A stretch of DNA of 64,000 bases from Octopus sinensis (taxonomy: Eukaryota). The position numbers were made by a program, and so were the translations under genes. The notes beneath the pieces are model-generated. The model saw only the letters and a program-made list of their open reading frames with translations. It ran no database searches and had not been told where the DNA came from. The DNA lies in NCBI RefSeq assembly GCF_006345805.1, contig NC_043013.1, positions 9,982,001-10,046,000 on the forward strand. The letters run 5' to 3'. Each line of letters starts with the position of its first letter. The first letter of the stretch is position 1. Shown here one piece after another: positions 1 through 12,186 of this stretch.

Positions 1-449
1 TCCCTTCCTCCCTCTCTCTTCAGCTGTTATTCTCTTTGTTTCACTGACATTGTGTGTTCAATAATTTGTCACTCGCCCTCCTGACTTTGACCTCTGTGTT
101 TTCTAATCACTTCCCACGTGATCCATCATCTTGTCAGAGTCCGTCACCTTCCATTCCTTCCAGTGATTCTATTAGCTCTCTCTCTCTCGCTCACTTTTTC
201 TGTCTGTCTGTCTCTCTCTGTCTTTCTATCTGTCCCTGTCCATCTCTCTCTCCCCCCCTCTCTCTCTCTCGTGTTCTTTTGCTCTCTAATGGGGGTCGCC
301 TTCTATCTATCGTTCTCTAATTCTGCAATTACCAACTTCAGCCCTCTCTAAGGGATTCTATTTTAGTTGTTTGTCCCTTATCCCTTTTTCCTTCCTTCCT
401 TCTCCTTCTCTTACTGTTCAATATCCCCCTCTATCTATCTATCTATCTA

Positions 450-484
<35 letters not shown>

Positions 485-490
485 TTATCA

Positions 491-546
<56 letters not shown>

Positions 547-966
547 GTCTATCTATATGTCTATCAAACTGTCTGTCTGCTTATCTATCTTGCTATCTCT
601 CGCTTACTTAGACACTCATACATTGAGTCTCTGCCCTCTTTCTTTCTAGTTTATTTACTGCCATTTTTTCATCATGCGTGTGTGTGTCTGTATGTGTGTG
701 CGTGCGTGTGTCTATGTGTCTGTGTCTATGTGCGCATGCGCGTGTTTCTGGCTTTCTGCTTCATTCCCCGTTTTTAACTCCTGACACCATTCTTTTTCAG
801 GCTTTGTCCTTATATTTGACCAGCTGACTTCCTCGCTCTTACTTTCTCCTTTTGATACTTGACTTCTCTTTCTCTATCACCTCATTCCCATTCCATATTT
901 TCGCTCACATTCATTCATTCGTATGACCCGCCTTCGCTCCTTGATCTCTCTATATTAACCCCAACC

Positions 967-1194
967 GGCGAGCTGGCAGAAACGTTAGCACGCCGGGCGA
1001 AATGCGTAGCCGTATTTCGTCAGTCGTTACGTTGTGAGTTCAAATTCCGCCGAGGTCGACTTTGCCTTTCATCCTTTCAGGGTCGATAAATAAAGTACCA
1101 GTTACGCACTGGGGTCGATATAATCGACTTAATACCTTTGTCTGTCCTTGTTTGTCTCCTCTATGTTTAGCCCCTTGTGGGCAATAAAGAAATA
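967..1194 (+). mobile_element. tRNA-derived SINE family A (full length)
   Basis: ggcgagctggcagaaacgttagcac...gagttcaaattccgccgaggtcgactttgcctttcatcctttc...ggggtcgat...gtttagccccttgtgggcaataaagaaata; at least 10 related copies in the window. Confidence 0.85.
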
Positions 1195-3073
1195 TATATT
1201 AACCCCAACCTTGCTTATTTTTTCGTTCACTTCACTAACATCCTTACTTTTCTACACTATTGTACTCAGAGCCACTTATCGATTTTCAATCATTCTCATT
1301 CCTAAACTCGTTCGAGGATCAGGGAAAATGCTCAGCAGACTTTGTTTCTGCTCTTTATTTTATGAGTTCAAACCTTACCAAGATGGTTTCAGCTTTTCTT
1401 AGATCCATGGTTGTTAGAATAAGTATCAGCCAACAACTTGGGTCGATTACATGGTTTAAACTTCTCCCACCTCAAGTACACTTTACTCGTTTCAATCATT
1501 TGACTGCGGCCATGATGGTGCACCACCTTCAGTCGAACTAATCGTCTGCAGGACTTATTATTTGTAAACCTAGTACTTAGTCTATTGCCGAATCGTTAAG
1601 TTACGGGGACGTAAACGCACCAACATCGGCTGTCAAGCACAGACACTCAGAAGGATTTGGTTGGCACGTGGCTACAGGAGAAGACACTTGTGCAAACAAG
1701 ACTGCTTTTCGGTTTTTGCTTGTCAATAGATTGACTACAAGAAATTAACGGTTAAATATTCAACACATCTTTTCCCTCAAATTGTGAGTCTATGTTACAG
1801 TCAGAAAACTTTACTATTATCATTCAGTAATCTTACTTTTGTTACGTACTTTCACTGAACCACCGAGTGCAGCTCTTTGTACTTTAGGTGTGGTGCTGTC
1901 GTTTGTTTTAGTGCTATTATTTGCACTGTAATGAAAGTGCCTAGTAGTGCTATTATCTGAATGTGTACTAGTTGCGTACTGGGGTCGATCTAATCGACTG
2001 GACCTATCCACCAAAAATTTAGGGCCTTGTGCCTAAAGTAGAAAAGAATATCTAATGTGTTCTCGTTCGTCTTTTTTTAAAAAGACGTTTGAGTGTGGAT
2101 TTGGCTGCGATTTCGAACGATCGAGCAGTGGTACTCAGCCAGGGTTCATATGCCCCTTTATGGTTCCTATGGCCCTTCGTTCGAAGTCCTGATGTTTTGG
2201 TTACGTTTTTGTTTGTATGTTTTTAAACATTCATGATGCATCTATTATTATAAATATTGTTTCTGCTTTTAGGCTCCACATTCGGGTTATCTCTATTTTC
2301 AGATCTTTGTATTTTAAGAGGTTTTTTTTTTTTTTAGAGATACTTTATCATCTATTGGGATTGATAAATCGATTTTTATTTTCTCGGTGATTTCTGACAA
2401 CTATATCCGAGAAGAAAAATCCCACCAGGATATTCAAATCCATGCCAAGTATAATTTTACAATTCGTTCATTCCACGGTTGATAACAAAAGTATTAATGG
2501 ACTAAACCCTTCTCTTGGAATAAAGAATTTGCACTTATATTAGAAACCATTATTTTTACGCTGTTATTGGGAATTCCGTAACGTGGTGGGTGAGCTGACA
2601 AAAATGTGGGGGGAGCGTCAGGAAAATTCTTCGCAGTATTTCTTCTGTATTTTAATATTCCCAGTTTAAATCTCGCCGAGGTCGACTTTGTGTTTAATGC
2701 TTTTGAAGTCAATAAAGTATGTCCTAGTTGTGCTATGGAGTCGATATAATCAAATAGACTCTTCCCCTCAAATTCCAGGCCCTGTGCCAATATTAGAATC
2801 ATTATTGTCACAGTTTTTAGAGGGTTAGCAAGACTGAGGTGGTAGAATTGTGAAGTCGTTAGATATATACTTTGAGTTCAAATTCCGCTCTGGTCAACTT
2901 TGACTTTCATTTCTATATTCGAAAAAAAAAAAAAAGAATTAGTCAAGCACTAAGGTCAATGTCAAGTACAGAAAGTAAGACAAAATGCTTTTAAGTATTA
3001 AATTACACCCCTTCACATCATAATTTGCATTATTTACATTTTGACGGATTTTGTCCTCATCTTGTTTGTTGTT

Positions 3074-3119
3074 AACACAACGTTTCGGCTGATATACCCT
3101 CCAGCCTTCATCAGGTGTC
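3074..3119 (-). ncRNA. Minimal type I hammerhead ribozyme motif, identical to 3671-3716 in opposite orientation
   Basis: Reverse complement of aacacaacgtttcggctgatataccctccagccttcatcaggtgtc gives the same 46-nt motif. Confidence 0.75.
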
Positions 3120-3511
3120 TTGGGGAAATTTCGAACTTGGGTTCTCATTCCTAAAGCATTATTCGATATTATTATTATTATTATTATCCAGGTCACTGTC
3201 TGGAATCGAACTCGGTATCTTGGGGTAAGTAGCCCGCGCTCTTAACTACTACGGCAATATGCCTGTGGGAAATTATGGTGTGAATTTTAGGGCTTATAAA
3301 TCTAATATTCTGCTATCCTTCCTAATTACCGGTTCCCATATGCTGTTCATATCTGCACTCGGTCTGCTAACGAGGTTGTTGTGTCCTAGCATATGTGCTG
3401 CTTCTTTTAGTTTTCGTAGTTTACAGCAGTGTTATCTGTCTATTACCTTAACTTCATCTCACAGAAGGAGGTGGTCTCCATTTTTCCTAACATTCACTCC
3501 ATAATTGCCCA

Positions 3512-3586
3512 CAGGCATATGGCGTAGAGGTTAAGAGCACGGGTTACTAACCCCAAGATTCCGAGTTCGATTCCAGGCAGTGACCT
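3512..3586 (+). promoter_or_regulatory. tRNA-like head with Pol III A and B boxes inside the PLE terminal repeat (mirror copy at about 3190-3265, minus strand)
   Basis: A box TGGCGTAGAGG (3520-3530), anticodon-like arm GGG-TTACTAA-CCC, B box GAGTTCGATTCC (3563-3574). No acceptor stem pairing, so it is not a functional tRNA. Confidence 0.7.
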
Positions 3587-3670
3587 GATAATAATAATAA
3601 TAATAATAATAATAGTAGCAACATCGAAAATACCTTAGGAACGAGAACCCAGGTTTGAAAATTTCCCCAT

Positions 3671-3716
3671 GACACCTGATGAAGGCTGGAGGGTATATCA
3701 GCCGAAACGTTGTGTT
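3671..3716 (+). ncRNA. Minimal type I hammerhead ribozyme motif (PLE type, palindromic stem III)
   Basis: GACAC-CUGAUGA-A-GGCUG(GAGGGUAUAU)CAGCC-GAA-ACGU-U-GUGUU. Stem I is GACAC/GUGUU, stem II is 5 bp, core nucleotides are intact, and the loop-less palindromic stem III is ACGU. Predicted cleavage is 3' of 3711. Confidence 0.75.
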
Positions 3717-4619
3717 GATAACAAACAAGATGAGGACAAGATTCGTCAAAAGTTAAATAATGTAAATAATGTACATAATTCCTCATCTCTTAAATATATT
3801 CACGTCATAAGTTCTAATCTTGCCGAGTTGGACTTCACAATTTAGTTTTCGATGAGATCAGTCCACGCCAAATGCTGATGTCGATATTATTTAACTCCCG
3901 TTTTGTAAAAATGTTTAATACTGTTACTATTAGGCAAAAACTTTATATTTATAATTCAATTAAAGTTTCGTTATGGTAGAATCGGTAGAGCAACGCACAC
4001 AATACCTTACGCTATTTAGTAGAATGTTTTTTTTAGATTCTGAGCTCCAATCTCAACGGGTTCAACTTTGCTTTTCATCTTTCCATTGTCGATACAATGA
4101 GCGCTGGTTTAAACCGGTGTCTGTGCAATTGACTCTTCCATCTCAGAATATTTATGGCCGTATTGATGTGATTTAAGAAACAAAATGACAAATTAATGTG
4201 GAAATGAGTTAAAATTAAAGAGGAGATGGAAAATTGATTTGAGAAGATAGGAAATGATAGAGGAAATGGCGGAAAAACGGATCTGAAAATGGCGTCCATT
4301 GGGATGAGGATTTTGTAATAAAGTTTGTTAGCGGGAAATAATGTGACAATGGCTGATAACAGATAATGGGAAGGAGGAGAAAATGGTGTTTATCTGTGGT
4401 TGAGAGAGCCAGGGGAGGACTGGGATATTTGCGTGACAATTGATTAAGAGAAGAGGAAAATAGAAACAGTGAGAAAGTGAGTGAATGATATATATTGAAA
4501 CAGATAAAAAAAAAAGGTGATTTGAAAAAATAAAGTTGTGGAAATAATCATAGATAACAGATTTAAAGAAGGAGAGACGAAGGTAGCTAATATAAAATAA
4601 ATGAAAATTAACTTATGTT

Positions 4620-4652
<33 letters not shown>

Positions 4653-5291
4653 GTGTAATTACTCGGTAGTACCATTTGAGTAAACTTTCCAAGTGACCGA
4701 ATTAAGCTTGTCCGACGTTCTAACAATTAATTCATCCCTTTTCTCAAAGTAAAAAAAGGACAATATATTTGTATCATAGATGTGAAAGTCACAAATAAAA
4801 TGATTTCACTGCCTACCTAAAGGGAAAGCAAAAATAATATCGGCGAAATTTAAATGATAATTCAAAATATTATTCAGCTAGCTCTAAATCAGACGTAATC
4901 AAATAGGTCCATGATCTAAAGCATTTCAGCCGTGACATTACCGTCTATTGTGCATATAGGGATTATTTTGCCCATTGTATTTTTTACGTGATGTAGGGTG
5001 AGGTGTTTTTTTCTTCGTGTACTATTACCCATAAACCCGTTTATCCTGTTCCCATGGCTTATAAATCCCCGAAATTATAACATTGCCTTGAACGGGATGC
5101 CGGTCCGTTGCACGATCGAAGGTCAGCAGATATGAATGGAGAGGTCAATCACAATGACCTCAGTGTTTGATTGATCCTTTATTTTATTGACCTCAAATAA
5201 ATGAAATGCAAAGTTGAATTTGGTGAATCAGAGCACGAATAATCGAGAAAAAAATGTTGCTAAGCATTTTGTCTAACGTAAATAAATATTC

Positions 5292-5560
5292 GGAGGCACA
5301 TGGCCTACTGGTTAGAGCAGCGGTCGAGGGATCGCGGGTTCGAAACTCAGACCGGGCGATGTGTGTGTTTATGATCGAAACACCTAAACTCCACGCGGCA
5401 ACGGCAGAAGGTAATGGCGAACTTCTGCTGATTCTTTTTCCACAACTTTCTCTCACTCTTTCCTCCTGCATCTTGCAGCTCACCTGCGATGGACCGGCGT
5501 CCCGTCCAGATAGGGAATCTATGCGTCAAGAAAACCGGGAAACCGGCCCTAATGAGCCAG
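5292..5560 (+). mobile_element. Modular SINE: head Y + tail 2
   Basis: tRNA-like head, then ...gaaacacctaaactccacg...caactttctctcactctt..., then ctgcgatggaccggcgtcccgtccag...gaaaccgggaaaccgg. Confidence 0.75.
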
Positions 5561-5725
5561 GAATTGTTCGAGAAGGAGCAAACATATAAATATTCTACCT
5601 GCTTCCCGTCTTATGCATGAAGAAATTATGCGTTATTTCATTTATTTTGTTTCCAAGAATATTAATCGATTTTTATTCCGTTTTCATTACTAGTTGCACA
5701 ATTTATTCTCGTGTTGCTGAATCAC

Positions 5726-5776
<51 letters not shown>

Positions 5777-5844
5777 TCCAGGTTAAAGATAACTATTATT
5801 AAGAAAATCTCGCTCTCTATTTCAGCTATGTATGTGTGTGTATA

Positions 5845-5887
<43 letters not shown>

Positions 5888-5889
<2 letters not shown>

Positions 5890-6749
5890 TCACAATCAAG
5901 GAACGGCCATAATAGGCCATTCACCCACTAGAAATAACAGCCAAAAGCTTCAACCGCAAAATAACATCAATTCCGTAAACCAGGAGAAAATTAAAAAACA
6001 TTTACCCTGTAATTTCTTATACGATGCACCGTTTCATCTACTGTTTAATGGTAAACTAACCTGATTAAATTAAATCAAGCCAATCTTCCATAGGCCCTTA
6101 GAATCATCAGTAAGAAATAGCCAAGTCGGAACAGATATTTTCACGAGGCATTTCCTTCCCTGCCTCGGCAATATCTGACCTAAAATTTTCAAATCATCGC
6201 ACTCGCGCCAAATTTATCGGCAGCAAATAAATATAAGCCGCCGATTCCATTACGGTATTAACCAGAAAATTCATAATTAATCAATATAGGGTGGCAAAAA
6301 ATTTTGTAGAATTTTTTTGCTACCATATTGCCACCATTTTTTTGCCACTATATTGATTAATTATGAATTTTCTGGTTAATTCCGTAATGGAATCGGCGGC
6401 TTATATTTATTTGCTGCCGATAAATTTGGCGCGAGTGCGATGATTTGAAAATTTTAGGTCAGATATTGCCGAGGCAGGGAAGGAAATGCCTCGTGAAAAT
6501 ATCTGTTCCGACTTGGCTATTTCTTACTGATGATTCTAAGGGCCTATGGAAGATTGGCTTGATTTAATTTAATCAGGTTAGTTTACCATTAAACAGTAGA
6601 TGAAACGGTGCATCGTATAAGAAATTACAGGGTAAATGTTTTTTAATTTTCTCCTGGTTTACGGAATTGATGTTATTTTGCGGTTGAAGCTTTTGGCTGT
6701 TATTTCTAGTGGGTGAATGGCTTATTATGGCCGTTCCTTGATTGTGATG
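5888..6749. repeat. Near-perfect long inverted repeat: 402-bp arms (5888-6289 / 6348-6749), 58-bp spacer
   Basis: The arms align without indels (coordinate sum 12637 at both ends). I found two mismatches by eye (aataggcc/aataagcc; tacggtatta/tacggaatta). Confidence 0.95.
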
Positions 6750-6876
6750 TTGAACTTAAAAATGGTCTATGACTATTTAATTTTTTCCCACTAGGCCGCT
6801 GGTGGCAAAAAAATTCTACAAAATTTTTTGCCACCCTATATTGATTAAATATATATATATATATATATACATACAC

Positions 6877-6918
<42 letters not shown>

Positions 6919-6925
6919 GCACACG

Positions 6926-6975
<50 letters not shown>

Positions 6976-7628
6976 AATTAATAGTTATCGCCATATTAAT
7001 ATGGCAGTCTTATAGATATAAGACTAAAGCTGTCGCTGATTAGCTCCATATGGCGATAACTATTAATTTCCAGTAACGCTGCCGTAATCTCTTTTAGAGA
7101 GACTTAGTAATTTTAATATTTCTATGATATATATATATATTGTCCTAAATCATCTGTCGTTTCTTTTCTAAAACTTCCGGGTGTGATTTGAGGAAGTTTT
7201 CGCTTCTACGTTTGAAAGGTTGTACCATAGCCCAGAGGCTCACATACTAGCTCGTATTTCATACTGAGTAATGAACTGGTGGAGACTGCTATATTATACG
7301 GTGTGATATAACATGCATTAACTTTCCATTAACAAGAGATATACAGGTAACAGATCCAAAATATTCTTCTCAACTTCGGGGAATTATAACTGAATTCCCT
7401 CCCTTATCATTAATTCCATGTGTATTCATAATAAGAGAGAACACTGCAAAAATAAATTGGCATATTACGTATTCCATCTTAAACTATCTGGAGAATTTAT
7501 GTTTATAATTGGCCATTTCTCGTAACTAGATTGATTTACCCTGTCTATCTATTTATCTACCTATTTATCTATCTATTTTCTATCTATCTACCTATCTATC
7601 TTTCTATCTATCTATCTATCTATCTAAC

Positions 7629-7683
<55 letters not shown>

Positions 7684-7685
7684 AC

Positions 7686-7757
<72 letters not shown>

Positions 7758-8340
7758 GACCGAGGTTACCGTGGTCTTTTCCGTAGGCTTTTCTTTCCAC
7801 GGGTAAACCTCACCTGTCCTCCCCTTTACACTTCATATTGACATTTCTGTGATAACGATCCCTATTGATCAAATTTTTTTCCTCCCCTCCCCTCTTTTTT
7901 AAAATTTTCTTTTATCCCCCCCTTTTTTTGTCCTCTTTCTTTCCATTTACGATCCCTTTTGATCGAAAACCAAACCCCCTTCTTTTACCCCCAAAAGAAA
8001 AGCTCTACCTTGTAATTTTGTCCTGTCTGTGTGCAGCCCTGTGTGGCTAATAAACTTATCTATCTAACCTATCTATCTAACCTATCTATCTAACCTATCT
8101 ATCTAACCTATCTAACCTATCTATCTATCTATCCGTATATCTGCCTATCTATGCGTATATGTGCAACATTTCTCGAAAAGCCGGTGCAAAAGACATGTCT
8201 TAACATCAGGCTGCGTGCATCAGTAACAACAATTATGCACGTTAATTTCCTCGTGATACCGGGCGTGCCAATCATAAAAATTCTGCGAACTGCAGTTTGC
8301 CAATGGTTGGTATACGTATATTTTTAAATTTCTTCTATTT

Positions 8341-8540
8341 TTTTTACTTGTTTCAGTCATTTGACTGCGGCCATGCTGGAGCACCGCCTTTTGTCGAATA
8401 AATCGACCCCAGGACTTATTCTTTGTAAGCCTAGTATTTCAGTATCGGATTCTTTTGACGAACCGCTAAGCTACGATGATGTAAACACACCAGCATCGGT
8501 TGTCAAGCGATGGTGAGGGGACAAATACAGACACACAATA
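8341..8540 (-). mobile_element. SINE family B, 3' half (similar partial copy at about 1483-1695)
   Basis: ttttacttgtttcagtcatttgactgcggccatgctggagcaccgcc... matches the family B tail. Confidence 0.75.
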
Positions 8541-9482
8541 TACTATATATATATATATTATATATATATATATATATTATATATATATATATATATAATC
8601 ATCATCATCTCTATCACCACCACCACCATCAACATCATCCAATCGGGCCACTTGCATGGACCGATGCAACTCTTCCACGCAGGTGCAACACGATGTCCGG
8701 GTTGAGTTTTAGTCACATTGGTCTTTTGCTAGCTGAAATGTATCATCTGTGCATGTCACAACTACAGATGATAGCAGCAGTTTACTAACTCGATAACTGA
8801 ATTGGCTGATCCTGGCCGAGGACGGCTTGTTGCCAATATATCCACCCAGCATTTAACGATATTTACCGTTGCTTCAATAAGTTTATTTGCCGACATCCTT
8901 CACATCCACGATTCCATGATTTCAATGTATCCTGGTTCTTGTGGTTACATGCTATTTAACCCATAACTAGGAATCTCATAGGGGCTATGATTCCAGGGCA
9001 ATGTAGACATGGGAACAATAGTGGCTAAGAAGTGGTTCCACACTCCTCAAAGCGCTGGAACTTCCAAAATTGGGCCCCATTTCAGTCTGCAGTTTAAAGT
9101 AGCATAATACTCCAATTTCTCCTTTACACAACAATTAAATATCGCATTTCATCATTTTTTAATCATACACTTGCTTATAAAAATAAAAAGAAAACAACAC
9201 ACACATAGACTAGTGTTAAATTGCACACAATACCTATTATACACATGCACACGAACTTAGACATATTTACGTATATGTTTGAGGGGACATGTGCTCACGC
9301 ATTTCAACACATTAATGATTAATCAATCATCAAAGCAAAGAAACGTTAATAAAATTCAGATGCAAGACTGTTATTGAGATAGATTAGACAGATAGATAGA
9401 TTAGATAGTTAGATAGATAGATAGATAGATAGACGGATTAGAAAAATCTGCGAAGTGCTGTTTGCCCGTGGATTCTGTATAT

Positions 9483-9514
<32 letters not shown>

Positions 9515-9515
<1 letters not shown>

Positions 9516-9710
9516 CTAATCCAAACAAGAAAACACAGAAAAAAAGAGAAAAAAAAGGAGAAAAAATACAGCAACGCAGGACGTGGAACAATTAAAGTAT
9601 TATTGACGCTCAGGAAAGAAGGGGAGGAGGGTTTAACGATTCGAGCGGAGCTCTTCGTCGGAAACAAGGAGAAGGAAAGATCCCAAAGAGGGAAGACAGA
9701 GGAGAAAATA
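9515..9710 (-). mobile_element. Short PLE-derived element (family H2) with degenerate minimal hammerhead at 9631-9665, abutting (TA)n
   Basis: Homologous to 18749-18962 and 60917-61123. Minus strand reads gttt-CCGACGA-A-GAGC(UCC)GCUC-GAA-UCGU-U-aaac. Confidence 0.65.
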
Positions 9711-9782
9711 TTTGAGCTGGCGGTGCTTAAGAGATCACATGTATGTATGTATGTATAATATATATAATATGTGTGTGTGTGT

Positions 9783-10040
9783 GGAGGCGCGTGGCTTGGT
9801 GGTTAGGGTGGCAGCATCATGATCGTAAGATTGTGGTTTCGATTCCTGAACTTGGCGACGCGTTGTGTCCTTGAGCAAAACACTTCATTTGACGTTACTC
9901 CAGTCCACTCAGCTGGCAAAAATGAGTAACGCTGTGATGGACTGGCATCCCGTCCAGCTGGGGAACACATACGTCATTGAAACCGGGAAACCGGGCCCAT
10001 GAGCCTGGCTAGGTTTTAAAAGGGTGCATTTATTTTATTT
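9783..10040 (+). mobile_element. Modular SINE: head X + tail 2
   Basis: ggaggcgcgtggcttggtggttagg...gtgtccttgagcaaaacactt...cagctggcaaaaatgagt, then aacgctgtgatggactggcatcccgtccagctggggaac. Confidence 0.8.
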
Positions 10041-10740
10041 ATACACACACACACACACATATCGTCGTCGATTTACGACCACAATTGGTTCCGACTGACT
10101 GGTCGGAAGTCGATTTGGGCGTAAGTTGGTCTATAGGCCTACATAGCATTTTTTTTATATTTTTACATTCTTAAGGTACATGCAAAGGGGACATGTGCTC
10201 ACACATTTCAACACACGAATGATTAATGAATCATCAAAGCAAAGAAACGTTTTGTTTATTGATTCGATGAGAGCCACAGCGTACATATTCTCTCAATAAC
10301 CCCGTATATGTAAATATTTTGAAGATCTTGTTACTGTTTATTATGACGAAATCTATTTGACTAAATGTCAATGAAACTCGATAATGCCAGTATCCAAACT
10401 TTCAGTATCGAGCTACTATATATATTTTGATTCGTATTTTAGGAAACAAAAACAAAAACAAAGAAAAAAAAAGAGGAGAGAGAAAAGAAACACTCGAGTA
10501 CTTTTGCAAGTTGAATCTTTCTGAATATAGTTTTTTAACCAGCTAAGATTAATGAGAGAGAAAAAAGAAAAAATAAATAAATAAATACAAGATCCGCAAC
10601 TTAACACTAGTTTCTATTAGTGTTTTTTTTTTTGTTATTTTTTTATAAACAAGTGTATGATTAGAAAATGATGATATGTGATATTTTATTGTTGTTGGGT
10701 AAAGGAGAAATTGGAGTATTTTAGAAACAAAATGCATAAA

Positions 10741-10771
<31 letters not shown>

Positions 10772-11791
10772 TAACAGTAGTAATAGTAGTAGTAGTAGTA
10801 GTAGTATAGTAGTAGTAGTAGTAGTAACACTAAAACCTTGCAAAAAAAAGTTACTGAAAGAAAGTTACTGAAATTTATGGTTTTATAAGTAGGTAAAGTC
10901 TAGTTTTAATGTATGTGAACTTAGTAATCGTCTGAGATATAGACATAGATACACACATGTATCTTATTCATAAATACACACGACACACACACACGCACAC
11001 ACATACACACACACATTTGACACTAGTGTACTCCTCAGAGGGTAGAATACAGGCGTAGATAAAACAAAAAAGCATGAAACACACATACGCATACGCACAT
11101 CGTCACACAATAATAAACAAAGTGTGCATCCAATTTGATCCGACGTATATAAGGTAAATCATATACTCATGCCTGATGAGAGCGACTTTATATTTAGAAC
11201 ACTCCAACCTCTTGTCTAAATTGTGTCTTGATGCTGTCTTCCTGGATTTATATTGTTTATAGTAGTATTTCCTCAGTAAAGATTTGCAAATGTTCTTTAG
11301 TTGGGAAAGCCTGCTTCTAACATCCGTCTCACACACACATTCTCCCTCTCTCTCTCTCTCTCTTTCCCTTTCTCTTTGCTTGGCTCTCTGTCTGTCTCTC
11401 TTTCTCTCTTGCATCCTTTTTTCTCTCTAGCTATCTCTATTTCTTTCTCTCTTTTTCTTAACGTCGTATTTAAGGCCTGTTGTTTTACCCTTTGATCAAA
11501 CCCGCTCCAGTATCAAACTGCAACACAAATTTAAGAATTAGTCCTCAGTATAAGTTGTTAGATCAGATACAAAATAGCTGCCAAATTCCCATCAAATCGA
11601 TCCGTACCGACTTCAGAAAAATTCATTCACTAGGTAATATAGTTTTACTTCCACCATGTTTTTGGAAAGACCGGATAGTTACGATTGGTAGCGTCTCATT
11701 ATGGATCCGCATGATGTAAACTAGCTTAGACAACACAATTTGAACAAAATCAAACCCAAAATTATATTTCTATTAAGTCCACACGCGCATA

Positions 11792-12186
11792 CTCTTTTAC
11801 TCTTTTACTTGTTTCAGTCATTTGACTAAGGCCATGCTGGAGCACCGCCTTTTGTCGAGCAAATCAACCCCGGGACTTATTCTTTGTAAGCCCAGTACTT
11901 ATTCTATCGGTCTCTTTTGCCGAACCGCTAAGTGACGGGGATATAAACACACCAGCATCGGTTGTCAAGCAATGCTAGGGGGACAAACATAGACACACAA
12001 ACACACACACATATATATATATATATATACATATATACGACAGGCTTCTTTCAGTTTCCGTCTACCAAATCCACTCACAAGGCATTGGTCGGCCCGGGGC
12101 TATAGCAGAAGATGCCACGCAGTGGGACTGAACCTGGAACCATGTGGTTGGTTAGCAAGCTACTTACCACACAGCCACTCCTGCGC
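11792..12186 (-). mobile_element. tRNA-derived SINE family B (CORE-like domain, internal microsatellite)
   Basis: Minus strand gcgcaggagtggctgtgtggtaagtagcttgc...ggttcagtcccactgcgtggca... ending gactgaaacaagtaaaagagtaaaagag; homologous to the 47333, 50782 and 55016 copies. Confidence 0.85.

Larger units (their letters stand above)
3019..3797 (-). mobile_element. 5'-truncated Penelope-like retroelement relic with inverted pseudo-LTRs (about 3019-3278 and 3499-3790) around the 3' end of a GIY-YIG-type ORF
   Basis: Minus-strand 3500->3294 reads GVNVRKNGDHLLL*DEVKVIDR*HCCKLRKLKEAAHMLGHNNLVSRPSADMNSIWEPVIRKDSRILDL*. This resembles the PLE endonuclease C-terminus pattern (H..W(D)..K(V/I)IDRE..W..RK.KEA.H). 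Both flanks are reverse complements of each other and carry a PLE-type minimal hammerhead. Confidence 0.7.

Noticed and set aside
3512-3586. Possible tRNA gene
   Set aside because: No acceptor stem, irregular arms, and it continues directly into repeat sequence; treated as a tRNA-derived promoter. The same applies to all SINE heads.
5254-5589. 111-aa ORF with plausible composition
   Set aside because: Lies almost entirely within a SINE (head Y + tail 2).
6003-6018. TACCCTGTAATTTCTT resembles the 5' end of Hox-linked miR-10 (TACCCTGTAGA...)
   Set aside because: Only 9 nt match and the rest diverges. It lies in a 402-bp foldback arm with no local pre-miRNA hairpin, and miR-10 is expected near Hox4/5, not Post2.
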